33,582 nucleotides of DNA from Candidatus Sigynarchaeum calidifontis (GTDB lineage Archaea > Asgardarchaeota > Lokiarchaeia > Sigyniarchaeales > Sigyniarchaeaceae): assembly GCA_030587475.2 (NCBI GenBank), contig JAUQYZ020000266.1:1-33582 (forward strand). The letters run 5' to 3'. Made by a program: the position numbers and the translations under genes. The notes beneath the pieces were generated by a model. That model saw only the letters and a program-made list of their open reading frames with translations, searched no databases and was not told where the DNA came from. Below are positions 16,956-26,457 of this stretch, one piece after another. Position 1 is the first letter of the stretch. Every line of letters starts with the position of its first letter.

Positions 16956-17996
16956 ATGCTCGTGAAGATTTCTCGCGACAGCGGTATCCCACCCTTCGGT
17001 CTCGATTTTATCGGCATCATCGACCGGGGCACGAACCTCGTCGAGGTGCGGCCGACGACCTTGTGCAACTTGCGCTGTGCGTATTGTTATGCAAGTGCAG
17101 GCAGCCAGGAGAACCAGTTCATCGTCGACGCGAGTTATCTCGTCGAGGCGTTCGGGCAAGTCGCGCGGTTCAAGAACATAAGGGACATCGAGGCACACGT
17201 CGACCCGTACGGCGAGGCGCTCCTCTACGAGGACCTGCCCGCGCTCGTCAAGGGCTTGAAAGCGGTACCTGGCGTGCGCCTCGCGAGCATGCAGAGCAAC
17301 GGGACGCTGCTCACGCCGGAACGCGTCGACGAGTTACGTGCAGCTGGGCTCGACCAGATCAACATCACCCTCAACACGATGGACCCCAACCAGGCACGAA
17401 AACTCTCGTGTCGGGATGAGTATGACCTCGACGCGCTGCTCCGCACTCTCCGGCTCGTCCCGGAACGCGGCATGGACCTCGTCATCACGCCCGTCTGGTT
17501 CTTCGGCGTGAACGACGCCGAGATCGAGCGGATCATCGAGTTCTACAAGGAGCTGAAAGCCGCGCACCCGGCACCCACGGCCATCCGGATGGGCATCCAG
17601 AACTACCTGGTCTACAAGACCGGGCGGAAACTCGGCAAGGTGAAGGAGCGGGAATTTAATTACTTTTACACGCGGCTGCGGGCACTAGAAAAAAAGCACG
17701 GGACGAAACTCGTGCTCAACGCCGGTGATTTCGGCATCCATGCGGCGCCCACGTACCCGAGCGACCTCGTCGCGGCGATCCGCCAGGGTGGCGGAAAAAA
17801 GGGATCGATCGAGGTCGAGATCGTGGCGCCGGCCAGGACCGGGAAGGAATTCATCGGATCGGCGCTCGGGTGGGGCGTGAAGGTGCTCGACTTCTCGGGC
17901 GCGGCCATCGACCCCGCTAGGCGGTCGCGCATCGAGATCCCGGCCGATCGATTCGAGATCACGCAGTATTTTCTCGTTACTGCAACCTTGAAATGA
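16956..17996 (+). CDS. Archaeal radical SAM protein (COG2100-like)
   Basis: GIPPFG..IGIIDRGTNLVEVRPTTLCNLRCAYC, EAHVDPYGE, SMQSNG, GIQNYL.YKTGR. Confidence 0.85.
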   Translation: MLVKISRDSGIPPFGLDFIGIIDRGTNLVEVRPTTLCNLRCAYCYASAGSQENQFIVDASYLVEAFGQVARFKNIRDIEAHVDPYGEALLYEDLPALVKGLKAVPGVRLASMQSNGTLLTPERVDELRAAGLDQINITLNTMDPNQARKLSCRDEYDLDALLRTLRLVPERGMDLVITPVWFFGVNDAEIERIIEFYKELKAAHPAPTAIRMGIQNYLVYKTGRKLGKVKEREFNYFYTRLRALEKKHGTKLVLNAGDFGIHAAPTYPSDLVAAIRQGGGKKGSIEVEIVAPARTGKEFIGSALGWGVKVLDFSGAAIDPARRSRIEIPADRFEITQYFLVTATLK

Positions 17997-18052
17997 TGGT
18001 ATGGCTTCTGCCACGAAACCTTTAAAGTAACGAAAAAAAGGGAATGTTCCAT

Positions 18053-18532
18053 TCATTTACGGCTTGGGGTATCCCATGGCTTGAGGAGTAGCAGCGCGAG
18101 CACCGAGTTCACGGCGGCCGCGGCCACGCCCGTGTAAAAGCCGCCTTCTGGCCACCATTCATAATTGCTATATTCGACGCCGAAGTTGGCGAGGCCGGCC
18201 ACGAGCACGCCGATCGTCGCGTAGGCGAGGACCAGCAAGAGCAACGTGAGATCTTGCCTGAACAAGCGGTTCGGGAGCAACTCGTTCAGCGCGAGGAGCG
18301 CCTGGATGCCCAAAAGCACGGCCCCGATGGTGATGGCGGCGACCGAGAAGCTCGAGTTGTACTCGCAACCCAGGCAGGCATAGCGGTACCCCGCCCCGTA
18401 CCCGTACAAGTACAAGCCGGCAAAATCTGTACCGAGCAAGATACCAAGCCCGACGCCCGACAACACCAGGATGACCAAGGCGAACCATTGTGTTTTTCCG
18501 AAAGACATGGATCGAAGCACCTCTATAGACAT
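18053..18532 (-). CDS. Small four-TM membrane protein with a CxxC-containing loop
   Basis: Four hydrophobic segments in the C-terminal ~150-160 aa of the 330-aa ORF. Plausible starts 18532 or 18508; the upstream part does not look coding. Confidence 0.7.
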   Translation of the reverse strand: MSIEVLRSMSFGKTQWFALVILVLSGVGLGILLGTDFAGLYLYGYGAGYRYACLGCEYNSSFSVAAITIGAVLLGIQALLALNELLPNRLFRQDLTLLLLVLAYATIGVLVAGLANFGVEYSNYEWWPEGGFYTGVAAAAVNSVLALLLLKPWDTPSRK

Positions 18533-19194
18533 GTATACTCGATCCCCCCGCATATAAAATTGAGCACGAAAACAAATTGCCGATCGAGCCACTCGCGAGG
18601 TGCCGATGGCCAGCGGATAGCGCTGGACGGGCTCATGATTGGAACGGCCGGGGAATGCGAGGCCGATCAAGCCGGGAATTACGGGGAGCGGGTTGGATTG
18701 CGGCCAGCTGGCGTGGCGAGGGCCGAGGCGAGGTCGGATGATGCCACGAACATCGTGGAATCGAAGCATCGCGGTGCAAGTCGAGGCTTGTATCCGGGGG
18801 CGCAAGGCTGGTGCATCGCTATTATTTGGCCGAAAACGAGCTAGCAAAGGATATTTTGCGCGACCGTGTTGAGATCGTGAAACCGGGGCGAAAGGGGTGG
18901 TATTCGCTGCGATGCGGATGGGGGTCGAGAGGGGGTGCGATCGATAACCGGGCATCGATCGTGTCGATTGATCCCCGTACTCGGTGATTTGATTCGGATC
19001 GAACTCGAGGGGGGGTGACCCGATTGATACCGTGTTGATAGGCATGTGGCGGGTTGATAAAGGTTTATTGTCGGGTTATGGCTTCTCCGCCACATCGATG
19101 GGTGATGCGGTGGCGCGCGAGGATCGAGGGATCGCGCGGGGATGGCGCGGGAGGGTGATCGATCTTGCACGAATTTGAAGATCGGAGCACAAGA

Positions 19195-19202
19195 TTTAAA
19201 TA
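19195..19202 (+). promoter_or_regulatory. TATA box of histone gene 1
   Basis: TTTAAATA about 108 nt upstream of the ATG; the same octamer is at a similar distance from histone gene 2. Confidence 0.6.
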
Positions 19203-19309
19203 TGCGAGGAGGGAAAGATATACTCAGAAGTGATGGCCGGATCCGGCAAGGAATTCAGCCGGGTACGGACGGCTTCGACAAAAACAAATCCACACGCGGA
19301 TGATACAAA

Positions 19310-19525
19310 ATGGCAAAGAAGAAAGCTTTGGCTTGGAGCCCGGTTCGTGATCTCATGAAGTCGGTTGGTGCCCAGATCGTCGCTCGCGATGCGGTTGACC
19401 TGCTCATCTCGTTCCTCGAGGACAAGGCAAAGGAAGTTACTTCCAACGCTCTCAAGCTGACCCGCCACAGCAAGCGCACCAAGCTCACCCGGGACGACAT
19501 CGACCTCGTGCTCAAGATGAAATAA
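19310..19525 (+). CDS. Archaeal histone (histone-fold, 71 aa), copy 1
   Basis: LAWSPVRDLMKSVGAQIVARDAV..L..A..AL.LTRHSKRTKLTRDDI: three-helix histone-fold pattern with the H..R......D motif. Confidence 0.92.
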   Translation: MAKKKALAWSPVRDLMKSVGAQIVARDAVDLLISFLEDKAKEVTSNALKLTRHSKRTKLTRDDIDLVLKMK

Positions 19526-19557
19526 GCGCTTCGAGACGTGGATCGATTTCGGGTTCA

Positions 19558-19617
19558 TGTTTTACAAGTTCTTTATTGTTTCTCCTTTTTTCTTTCACCA
19601 TTTTCATTGTTATTTTA
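19558..19617 (+). terminator. Oligo-T tract, probable archaeal intrinsic terminator after histone 1
   Basis: Several T runs (e.g. ccttttttcttt) shortly after the stop codon. Confidence 0.5.
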
Positions 19618-19923
19618 AGCCTTGAGAAACTTGGACATCAAAGTCCGATTCCTCCAGACCAAGGCTTGTCGTGGATTGACAACCAAGTGGACGATAACGA
19701 TACGATGCCCTGCGAAAGCTGCACGTGCTGGCGGAATGCCTGGCAAAGTTCGAGGAAGACGGCACGATCTCCATCCACCCGCGCCTCGCCAAGCTGCTCA
19801 TGGAAACCTCCATCGAGTCGATCTCGAGCCCCGCCAAGCCCGTAGAAGATGGCTGGTCTCCTTTTTGACCATATTCAACAAGCCAGAGCATTGGTTTAAA
19901 ACCCGTCCGTGCGTGGATCGCGC

Positions 19924-21657
19924 ATGCTCGCCGGCTTCTGCAAGGTGGTCATCACGCCACCGCTCGGCCAGGTGGCTTTTGCGGGGTACAACGGCCGTAA
20001 ACACCTTCCCCGTGGCGTGCTCGTCGACGATGAAGGTAACCGGCACGAGATCTACGCGAGGGCCTTGGTTTTAGATCCCGACGGAAACGAGGATCCCGGA
20101 AAGGTAGCTTGCATCGTGAGTTCCGATTTATTCATGATACGCAACTACTGGGTCGAGCAAGTCAGGGCGCTTGCCGAGAAACTCACTGGTGGACATGTAC
20201 CCGGGAAAAACATCTGCATCCACGCGACCCACTCGCACCAGGCGCCCGACTCGCTCGGCATTTATTACCCGGGGCACGATTTCGATGGCAGCTACCTCGA
20301 CGAGGCATGGCTCGGCCACCTCGCAAGGCAGGTCGCCGGGGCGATCTTCGGGGCGTGGAAAGCCCGCCGCCCCGCGCTCCTGTCAACCGGCGAGGGAATG
20401 CTGGAAGGCCACACGATCAACCGGCGGGACATGGGCTTATTCGACACGTCGTCGCCGCCCAACCCGCGAACGATCGACCCCCAGGTGCCCGTCATCATCG
20501 TTCACGACCTGGACGGGACGCCCAGGGTCGTGATCACCGCATTCGCGACCCACCCGACCTTTCTATCGACCTTCGAGGAATGGTCGGGGGAACACGTGCC
20601 GTTCCTCGAGCAAGAGGCCAAGCGCGCGTTCGGGCAGCAAGTCGAGCTCATGTACTTCACGGGACAAGCGGGAGACATCATTCCCGGCCACGATCCCGAG
20701 GAACGCACGCAGATCGTGCTGAACCCGAAGGGGTGGGACTTGAAGCCATACCAAGTGCCATTGCACGTCGACAAGCGAGAGGGGAAGCTCATCATCTCGC
20801 AACTGGACACCTTGGCTCGCCGGATCGACGTGACAAGGGAGGCGATCTCGAACGGCCTCCGCACCGAGCTCGATGTCGACTCGCGCATCGTGGACGACGC
20901 GCTGGAGATCGACGTCCGGCCGGACGGGAATCCCGTCATCCGTGATGTATTCGCCACGGTCTCCCGCCTTGCACACGCGAGGCGATCGATGGCGTTAGTT
21001 TCCAGGTTTGCAAAGGACTTCGTCGGTGAAATGGCGCGCGTGCGAAAAAAGATGATTCCAGGGGTAGTGAACGACATCCGTATCGACCGGGAATCCATCG
21101 ATATCGAGATCGACGATGTAGACATGGCGGAGCAATATAGCGTGCTTGTAGCCAAGTCTTCGCCCGAGAAAGGCGATGACGGGAAGGTCCGGGTCAAATC
21201 CGAGGTTCAAGGGATCTTGATCGGCCGGACGTACATCATGTGCCTCCCCTCCGAGCCGATCAACGAGATCGGCATGCGGCTCAAGAAACTCGTGCAAGAG
21301 CAAGCGGGGACGGCCATCGACCATGTCTTCTTGTTCCAGATGTGCAACGATGGCTTCGGCTACGTCGTCACGCCCTTCGAGCACGAGGCTGGCGGCTACG
21401 AGGTGTCGATCTTCTGCTTCGGCAAGCGCAACGGGTTCATCATCGAGGCGGCGTCGCTCCGGCTGGCATCGCGCATGCTCGGCAAGAGCATCGAATGGAA
21501 GGACGTGCCCTTGCCGGATTTTCAACAGGCCCCGTGGCCCGATGCACGCCAAAAGGCCAGGGACGAATGGATCAATCTCAAACAATCGGCCCAAAAGACG
21601 AGTCCGAAGACCCGGAAGGCGTCGAAACCTTCACGATCTTCTGGTGCTCCACGGTAA
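19924..21657 (+). CDS. Neutral/alkaline ceramidase-like metallo-amidohydrolase family protein
   Basis: ITPP..FAGY, IYARALVL, IHATHSHQAP, NRR..IDP, FATHPT, GQAGDI, LPSEP..EIG, CND.FGY....GGYE. Confidence 0.75.
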   Translation: MLAGFCKVVITPPLGQVAFAGYNGRKHLPRGVLVDDEGNRHEIYARALVLDPDGNEDPGKVACIVSSDLFMIRNYWVEQVRALAEKLTGGHVPGKNICIHATHSHQAPDSLGIYYPGHDFDGSYLDEAWLGHLARQVAGAIFGAWKARRPALLSTGEGMLEGHTINRRDMGLFDTSSPPNPRTIDPQVPVIIVHDLDGTPRVVITAFATHPTFLSTFEEWSGEHVPFLEQEAKRAFGQQVELMYFTGQAGDIIPGHDPEERTQIVLNPKGWDLKPYQVPLHVDKREGKLIISQLDTLARRIDVTREAISNGLRTELDVDSRIVDDALEIDVRPDGNPVIRDVFATVSRLAHARRSMALVSRFAKDFVGEMARVRKKMIPGVVNDIRIDRESIDIEIDDVDMAEQYSVLVAKSSPEKGDDGKVRVKSEVQGILIGRTYIMCLPSEPINEIGMRLKKLVQEQAGTAIDHVFLFQMCNDGFGYVVTPFEHEAGGYEVSIFCFGKRNGFIIEAASLRLASRMLGKSIEWKDVPLPDFQQAPWPDARQKARDEWINLKQSAQKTSPKTRKASKPSRSSGAPR

Positions 21658-21835
21658 TGCCTGCCTCCTTGAAAAAAATTGCGAAAATGGGCGAGTCTGG
21701 AATCGAGGGGCACCTGCCACGATCAAGCCCTCGGTGGTCGCGAGCGCCTCCTGCGGGCATGCTCGCTTGCTGGCTTGCCCCTTCGTTTTCATGTCAAGAA
21801 CATCACGTCGTGGTTCTTCATGGAGGCCCTATCCT

Positions 21836-22657
21836 TTAAAACGTCTTGATGACCCTCAACGCGGCCTCCAGCGCGTCGAAGCTGATGGACGGGTGGAATG
21901 ATTCGAAGCTAATGCATCCCGCGTATCCCATGTCGCGAAAGGCGGCGACGGCGGATCGCACGAAGGCCGAATCGGCTCGCGTGAAGTCGAGGGAGCGAAC
22001 GTGATCTGCGACGTGCACGTGCATCGTGATGGCCGCGTGATCACGTATGGTCTTGATCATATCTGGTTCCTCGTTATGCATGTGGAAGATGTCGAGAAGC
22101 AGGCCGAAATCTTTCTGGCCGTGCATGAACGTCCCGACGTCCATGCCGAGTGCCTTGGAAAACAAGGCCACGGCCTTGTCCGCGGTCTTCACGATCGTGT
22201 TATCGCCCGAAAAGAGCGGTTCGAGCATCAACCGGACGCCGGCGTCCTTCGCGTGCTTCGCGAGTGCCTTGAGCGAGGCCGTGGCGGCGCGTTCCAGGGC
22301 GGGTGGGGCGGTCTTCTGCAAGATCTCGGCCGTCGTGATGAAGCACGCGTGCGTCAGTTTCACGCCAAGCTCAGCCGCGGCATCGATGCAGTAGTTCACG
22401 TAGTCCACGGCCTTGCGCCGGGCTTTCTCGTCCGGGTCCATCAAGCTCCGTGCCGGGTTGATGCAGGCCGTGACCTCGGCGACGGGGAGCTTTTTTGCAT
22501 AGCTCGCGAGGGTATCCTTGGCAGCAGCGAGCGGGTAGATGTCCGGTTCCCCGGGGAAGTCCACCGCATCGAACCCGGCAGCGGCAAGCTTGTCCAGGAT
22601 CTCTCCAAGGGGCTTTCCGATGATGTTCGCGTTCGTTATCGTGGTCGAGAAGCGCAT
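21836..22657 (-). CDS. Sugar phosphate isomerase/epimerase (AP endonuclease 2 TIM barrel)
   Basis: GFDAVD, LMLEP, LLDIFHM..E, HVHVAD..R, GY.G.ISFE metal-binding motifs. Confidence 0.88.
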   Translation of the reverse strand: MRFSTTITNANIIGKPLGEILDKLAAAGFDAVDFPGEPDIYPLAAAKDTLASYAKKLPVAEVTACINPARSLMDPDEKARRKAVDYVNYCIDAAAELGVKLTHACFITTAEILQKTAPPALERAATASLKALAKHAKDAGVRLMLEPLFSGDNTIVKTADKAVALFSKALGMDVGTFMHGQKDFGLLLDIFHMHNEEPDMIKTIRDHAAITMHVHVADHVRSLDFTRADSAFVRSAVAAFRDMGYAGCISFESFHPSISFDALEAALRVIKTF

Positions 22658-22782
22658 GCAAGGCACCTCTTTTTCACCGGAGGCACGGTCTGCCTTTAAG
22701 GTTTCAGTTCTCGCCAGGCATCGAATGAAGGTCTATTAAGGCCGGAACCGGATGTTGACACGAGACCGACATTCTCGGGCGC

Positions 22783-24234
22783 GTGAGGGGATTATTCATC
22801 ACCGAAAAGAAAACCCCGGCAAAGGACGAAGCCAAGCGAACGAAATTGGAGACGATGGGATCGAAAAAGGCCAGGATCCAGGCCGAGCAAGAAGCGGCGG
22901 AAAAAGAAAAGAAGAGAGAGAGGGAAGAGCTTTTTGCCATGAAAAGGGGAGAGATCATGGCAAATTTAAAGCGACAAGAAGAAAGCGCGTCGCTCGTCCA
23001 TTCCAACTACATATTTTCCGATAGTACCCTCGTTGGTCATTTTGGACCGGTCATGGCATGCAAGTTTTCGCCAGACCGCTCGACCATCCTCTCCGGATCG
23101 AAGGATGGGTCTTTAATGCTTTGGGATGCCAAGTCAGGGAACGAGATACGAGCCATGAAAGGCCACGATTTCAAGGTCAATGCTTGTGCATTCTCTCCCG
23201 ATGGGACCCTCGCGGTGTCCGGGTCAGACGACTATTCATTGATCGTCTGGGACGTGGGAACAGGAAAACCGCTCCGAGCACTAGCCGGCCATGCCGATGC
23301 CGTGACCGGGTGCGCGTTTTCGCCGGATGGCTCCAGGGTCATTTCATCCTCGATAGACGGGTTTATCTCGATCTGGAACGCCCGGAAGGGCGGCCTCGTG
23401 CGGAGCTCGAAATATCTCTCGCCCATTATGGCATGCACTTGTTCCTCGGACGGCACGCGCATCGTTGCCATGACGGTCGACAAGAAGGTAAGAATAATAG
23501 AGACCGAAAAGCTGAAGGAACTTCTATCCTTCACCGGCCACCTTGAACACGGGTGGAATTGCGCGTTTTCACCAGACGGGAAAACGATCTTGACGACCGG
23601 CTTGGACAAGTACTTGAAACTGTGGGATGCGGCCTCCGGGAAGCTCATGCGAACCTTCACGGGCCATCAATCCGGGATCCTTTCATGCGATTTCTCCCCG
23701 GACGGGAAATGGATCGTCTCCGGCGCAATGGATAACACGTTGGGATTGTGGGACGTGGAAACAGGACAAAAATGGCGCACGCTCGTCGGACATTTTGGCT
23801 CGGTCAATGCTTGTGCCTTCTCGCCGGACGGGACGAGGGTTGTCTCGGCGTCGGAGGACTGGACGGTGAAGGTCTGGGATGTCACGAAGAAGCCGGTGCA
23901 ACCGGGTTCCCCCCGACCGACGCCGGTACCACGACCGGCCATGCAACCCGAGACGGCGCCCGTGCCGGCGGAATCGGTCACGAGAGAGAAACTCGTGAAG
24001 GCGTTCAAGGTGTCCACCCGCATCAAGATCCAGATGCTACAAACCTATCTCCGAATGGACGACGAGTCCTTCACGGACAAGTTGTTCGATTGGGCTGCCG
24101 AGTTCGGGTTTAAAATCGACGGCGACACCATCGTCATCGGAACTGCCGACATCGACGGGTTCGTGGCCCGGCTCGATGAATATTTCGCGGAATGGGACAA
24201 GAAGGTCAAGAAAAAGATAGGCAAGGCCAAGTGA
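22783..24234 (+). CDS. WD40-repeat protein with N-terminal coiled coil, Pro-rich linker and C-terminal small domain
   Basis: Seven repeats of GH...V..CAFSPDG....SGS.D..L..WD; charged N-terminal helix. Start GTG 22783 or ATG 22855. Confidence 0.92.
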   Translation: MRGLFITEKKTPAKDEAKRTKLETMGSKKARIQAEQEAAEKEKKREREELFAMKRGEIMANLKRQEESASLVHSNYIFSDSTLVGHFGPVMACKFSPDRSTILSGSKDGSLMLWDAKSGNEIRAMKGHDFKVNACAFSPDGTLAVSGSDDYSLIVWDVGTGKPLRALAGHADAVTGCAFSPDGSRVISSSIDGFISIWNARKGGLVRSSKYLSPIMACTCSSDGTRIVAMTVDKKVRIIETEKLKELLSFTGHLEHGWNCAFSPDGKTILTTGLDKYLKLWDAASGKLMRTFTGHQSGILSCDFSPDGKWIVSGAMDNTLGLWDVETGQKWRTLVGHFGSVNACAFSPDGTRVVSASEDWTVKVWDVTKKPVQPGSPRPTPVPRPAMQPETAPVPAESVTREKLVKAFKVSTRIKIQMLQTYLRMDDESFTDKLFDWAAEFGFKIDGDTIVIGTADIDGFVARLDEYFAEWDKKVKKKIGKAK

Positions 24235-24274
24235 AAACATCGACACTAGCGTGGATATTGTCGCTTGCTTTCAT

Positions 24275-24757
24275 TCATTTCACGAGCTCTTTTACCCATT
24301 CATGATACAACTTCAATTCCGCCTCGGGTATGGGAATGATGACCTTGAAGTCATCCTTTTCGAGCTTCTTGTCGATGCTGTATAGAATTCTCGTGTCAAA
24401 TTCGCGGGCGATGTTGATCACGTAGCCGTCCCAGCTTTCCAGCTTGTTGATGCTCGAAATTGTCAATGCATTCTTGGCTTCTTCTCTCGTGATCGTTTCA
24501 TAGAATGCCGGGGAATCGACAGCGAGGGTCTTTTCCAAGGCAAGAACTGCATCATGTCTCGTCACTTTCAAGTATCGTGTAAGGATGTGGTATGCACCAA
24601 GGAATGCCGTGACCGGGAGGAGTGCACGGACCTTCCCCACCAGGACTTTTTGTAGGAACGCGACCGCCGACGCCTTCGCGGGATTGTTGCAATGAGCAAT
24701 CACGACCGGACCTACGTCGATCACGCCTTCAATCGATTCCCAATTTTTTCTTGACAT
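24275..24757 (-). CDS. vapC: PIN-domain VapC-type toxin
   Basis: GVIDVG, ESWDGY, LYSIDKKL acidic PIN motifs; overlaps the upstream antitoxin gene. Confidence 0.8.
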   Translation of the reverse strand: MSRKNWESIEGVIDVGPVVIAHCNNPAKASAVAFLQKVLVGKVRALLPVTAFLGAYHILTRYLKVTRHDAVLALEKTLAVDSPAFYETITREEAKNALTISSINKLESWDGYVINIAREFDTRILYSIDKKLEKDDFKVIIPIPEAELKLYHEWVKELVK

Positions 24758-25016
24758 AATCACGATCCATCCATTTTTCAGAGTCCGTGTCATCGGGTTC
24801 CTCTTGCACGACACCAGCTTCTATCTTCATGTCCATCAATTGCTGCTTCCAAGACATGACTTGGCGCTCCAAGTTCGTGTTCGATTTGCGCAAGATCAAC
24901 TCGTTTCCGAGGATCGTCAATTCAAGTTCCGAGTTGGGTTCCAAATGCAATTTTCCCCGGATCTCCACGGGTATCAAAATACGTCCTTGCGAATCAATCG
25001 TGACATTAATCACCAT
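24729..25016 (-). CDS. AbrB/MazE/SpoVT-family antitoxin (VapB)
   Basis: VTIDSQGRILIPVEIRGKLHL..SELEL..LILRK swapped hairpin plus acidic tail. Confidence 0.88.
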   Translation of the reverse strand: MVINVTIDSQGRILIPVEIRGKLHLEPNSELELTILGNELILRKSNTNLERQVMSWKQQLMDMKIEAGVVQEEPDDTDSEKWMDRDYVKKKLGID

Positions 25017-25209
25017 GATTTTCACCACATGGTGATCCTCCTGGCACGAAGTTAAAAAGTCATTGGTTGCCACGCATTCGCCATCCGGGCGGGCGTTGAT
25101 CGCTACGGCGTGTTTCCCAGCAGCAAGGCCATGGATCCTGCAGTCGCTGCACGGTCATGTACCTCGGCTGAAATGTCATCTGATTTGCTCGTGCATGGGC
25201 CAGATGCCT

Positions 25210-26331
25210 TCATATGCGTGTCGTGCGGTACGCGCCGACCGTCTTGGCGAGCAGCTCGACCTCCTCTGGATGGGCGTACAACGCGCAAGGCGCGCCTTCG
25301 ACTTCCAGCAAGTGCCCGGCCGCACGGATCCGCTTGAAGAGATCGCCCTGCAGCCCCTCGCGCAAGGTGGAACGCTTCAGGTTGTGCGTCGCGATGTCCG
25401 ACACGGGGCAAGGGGTCAAATCGCCGCTCGGGGTGACGTGCACGAAGCCCCTGCCAGCCGACATGCAGCCACCCATCAGCTCCTCGTCGCCGGGGGAGTG
25501 GACCAGGATGAGGCTCTTCGTTCGACGGTATTCGAGGATTCTCTCCCTGAAGGCCGCGCGCTGCTGTTTAGAAAGCATGAGCGGGTGCCCCGGGGCGGGC
25601 GGGATGAATTCCATGAAAAACGCGAGCCGGATGCCGCCATCGACGAGCACGTCGATGGGCCCGGGATCCATCCAATAGGTGCAGTTGTCCGTGGTGATGG
25701 TGACCGAGATGCCCGTCAAGATCCCCGCCTTGTTCAAGCGGTGGAGCGTGTCCAGCACCTTTTCATGCACCCCGGGGCCGCGACGGCTGTTGGTCATGGA
25801 CGCGTCGCCCTCGATGCTCACGACGACCGCGACGTTCGACAAGCGACGCATCTGCTCGTAATGAACGTCACGGATGGCGGTTCCATTGCTGAAGATGACG
25901 AAAAACAGCCGCGGGAATGCCTTGCACAAGTCCAACAATCCATCGAGCATGAAGGGCTCGCCGCCGGCCATGATGATTCCCCAGACGCCGAGTTCCTGGG
26001 CTTCCGCGAGCACCGATCGCCAGCCATCGAGCCCCATCTGCTCGTCACGTGAGCGGGGGTCGAGCGTCCCGACTATGCGCGCGTAGCAGCCCGCGCAATG
26101 GAGGTTGCACGCGTTCGTCACGCTGAGGATCAAGAAGGGCGGGACCACGAGCCCGGTAGTTTCCAGGTTCGTCCGTTGCAGCTCCTCTGACCTGGTGAAC
26201 GCGTGCAAGAGCCTGGGTGCCGCGAAAAGGTAACGTGGGTGGCGTAGCAACCACGGGATGACGATCCGGGGCATGTTCCGGTCGATTTCCCTGAGCACAC
26301 CGATTAAAGACCGGCTTCTTTCGTGGTTCAT
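25210..26331 (-). CDS. Radical SAM protein with SPASM/twitch domain
   Basis: VTNACNLHCAGCY, AGGEPF, FSNGT, VSIEG, GCMSAGRGFVHVTPSGDLTPCP. Confidence 0.9.
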   Translation of the reverse strand: MNHERSRSLIGVLREIDRNMPRIVIPWLLRHPRYLFAAPRLLHAFTRSEELQRTNLETTGLVVPPFLILSVTNACNLHCAGCYARIVGTLDPRSRDEQMGLDGWRSVLAEAQELGVWGIIMAGGEPFMLDGLLDLCKAFPRLFFVIFSNGTAIRDVHYEQMRRLSNVAVVVSIEGDASMTNSRRGPGVHEKVLDTLHRLNKAGILTGISVTITTDNCTYWMDPGPIDVLVDGGIRLAFFMEFIPPAPGHPLMLSKQQRAAFRERILEYRRTKSLILVHSPGDEELMGGCMSAGRGFVHVTPSGDLTPCPVSDIATHNLKRSTLREGLQGDLFKRIRAAGHLLEVEGAPCALYAHPEEVELLAKTVGAYRTTRI

Positions 26332-26457
26332 GATATGGCGGAGTAGCGGTGCTGGTTAGAATCTTGAAGAGCCCGGTTGTTGTAATACATTTCCCATGAT
26401 GATTGGACTGAACGTGAATTGCTTATTCGGAGGCACGACGTAGATTGAAAAGGACTC

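Noticed and set aside
18533-19045. N-terminal ~170 aa of the 330-aa ORF 18053..19045
   Set aside because: Pro/Arg/Ser-rich translation of GC-rich non-coding DNA; a TATA-like element (about 18553-18560) sits just upstream of the internal start.
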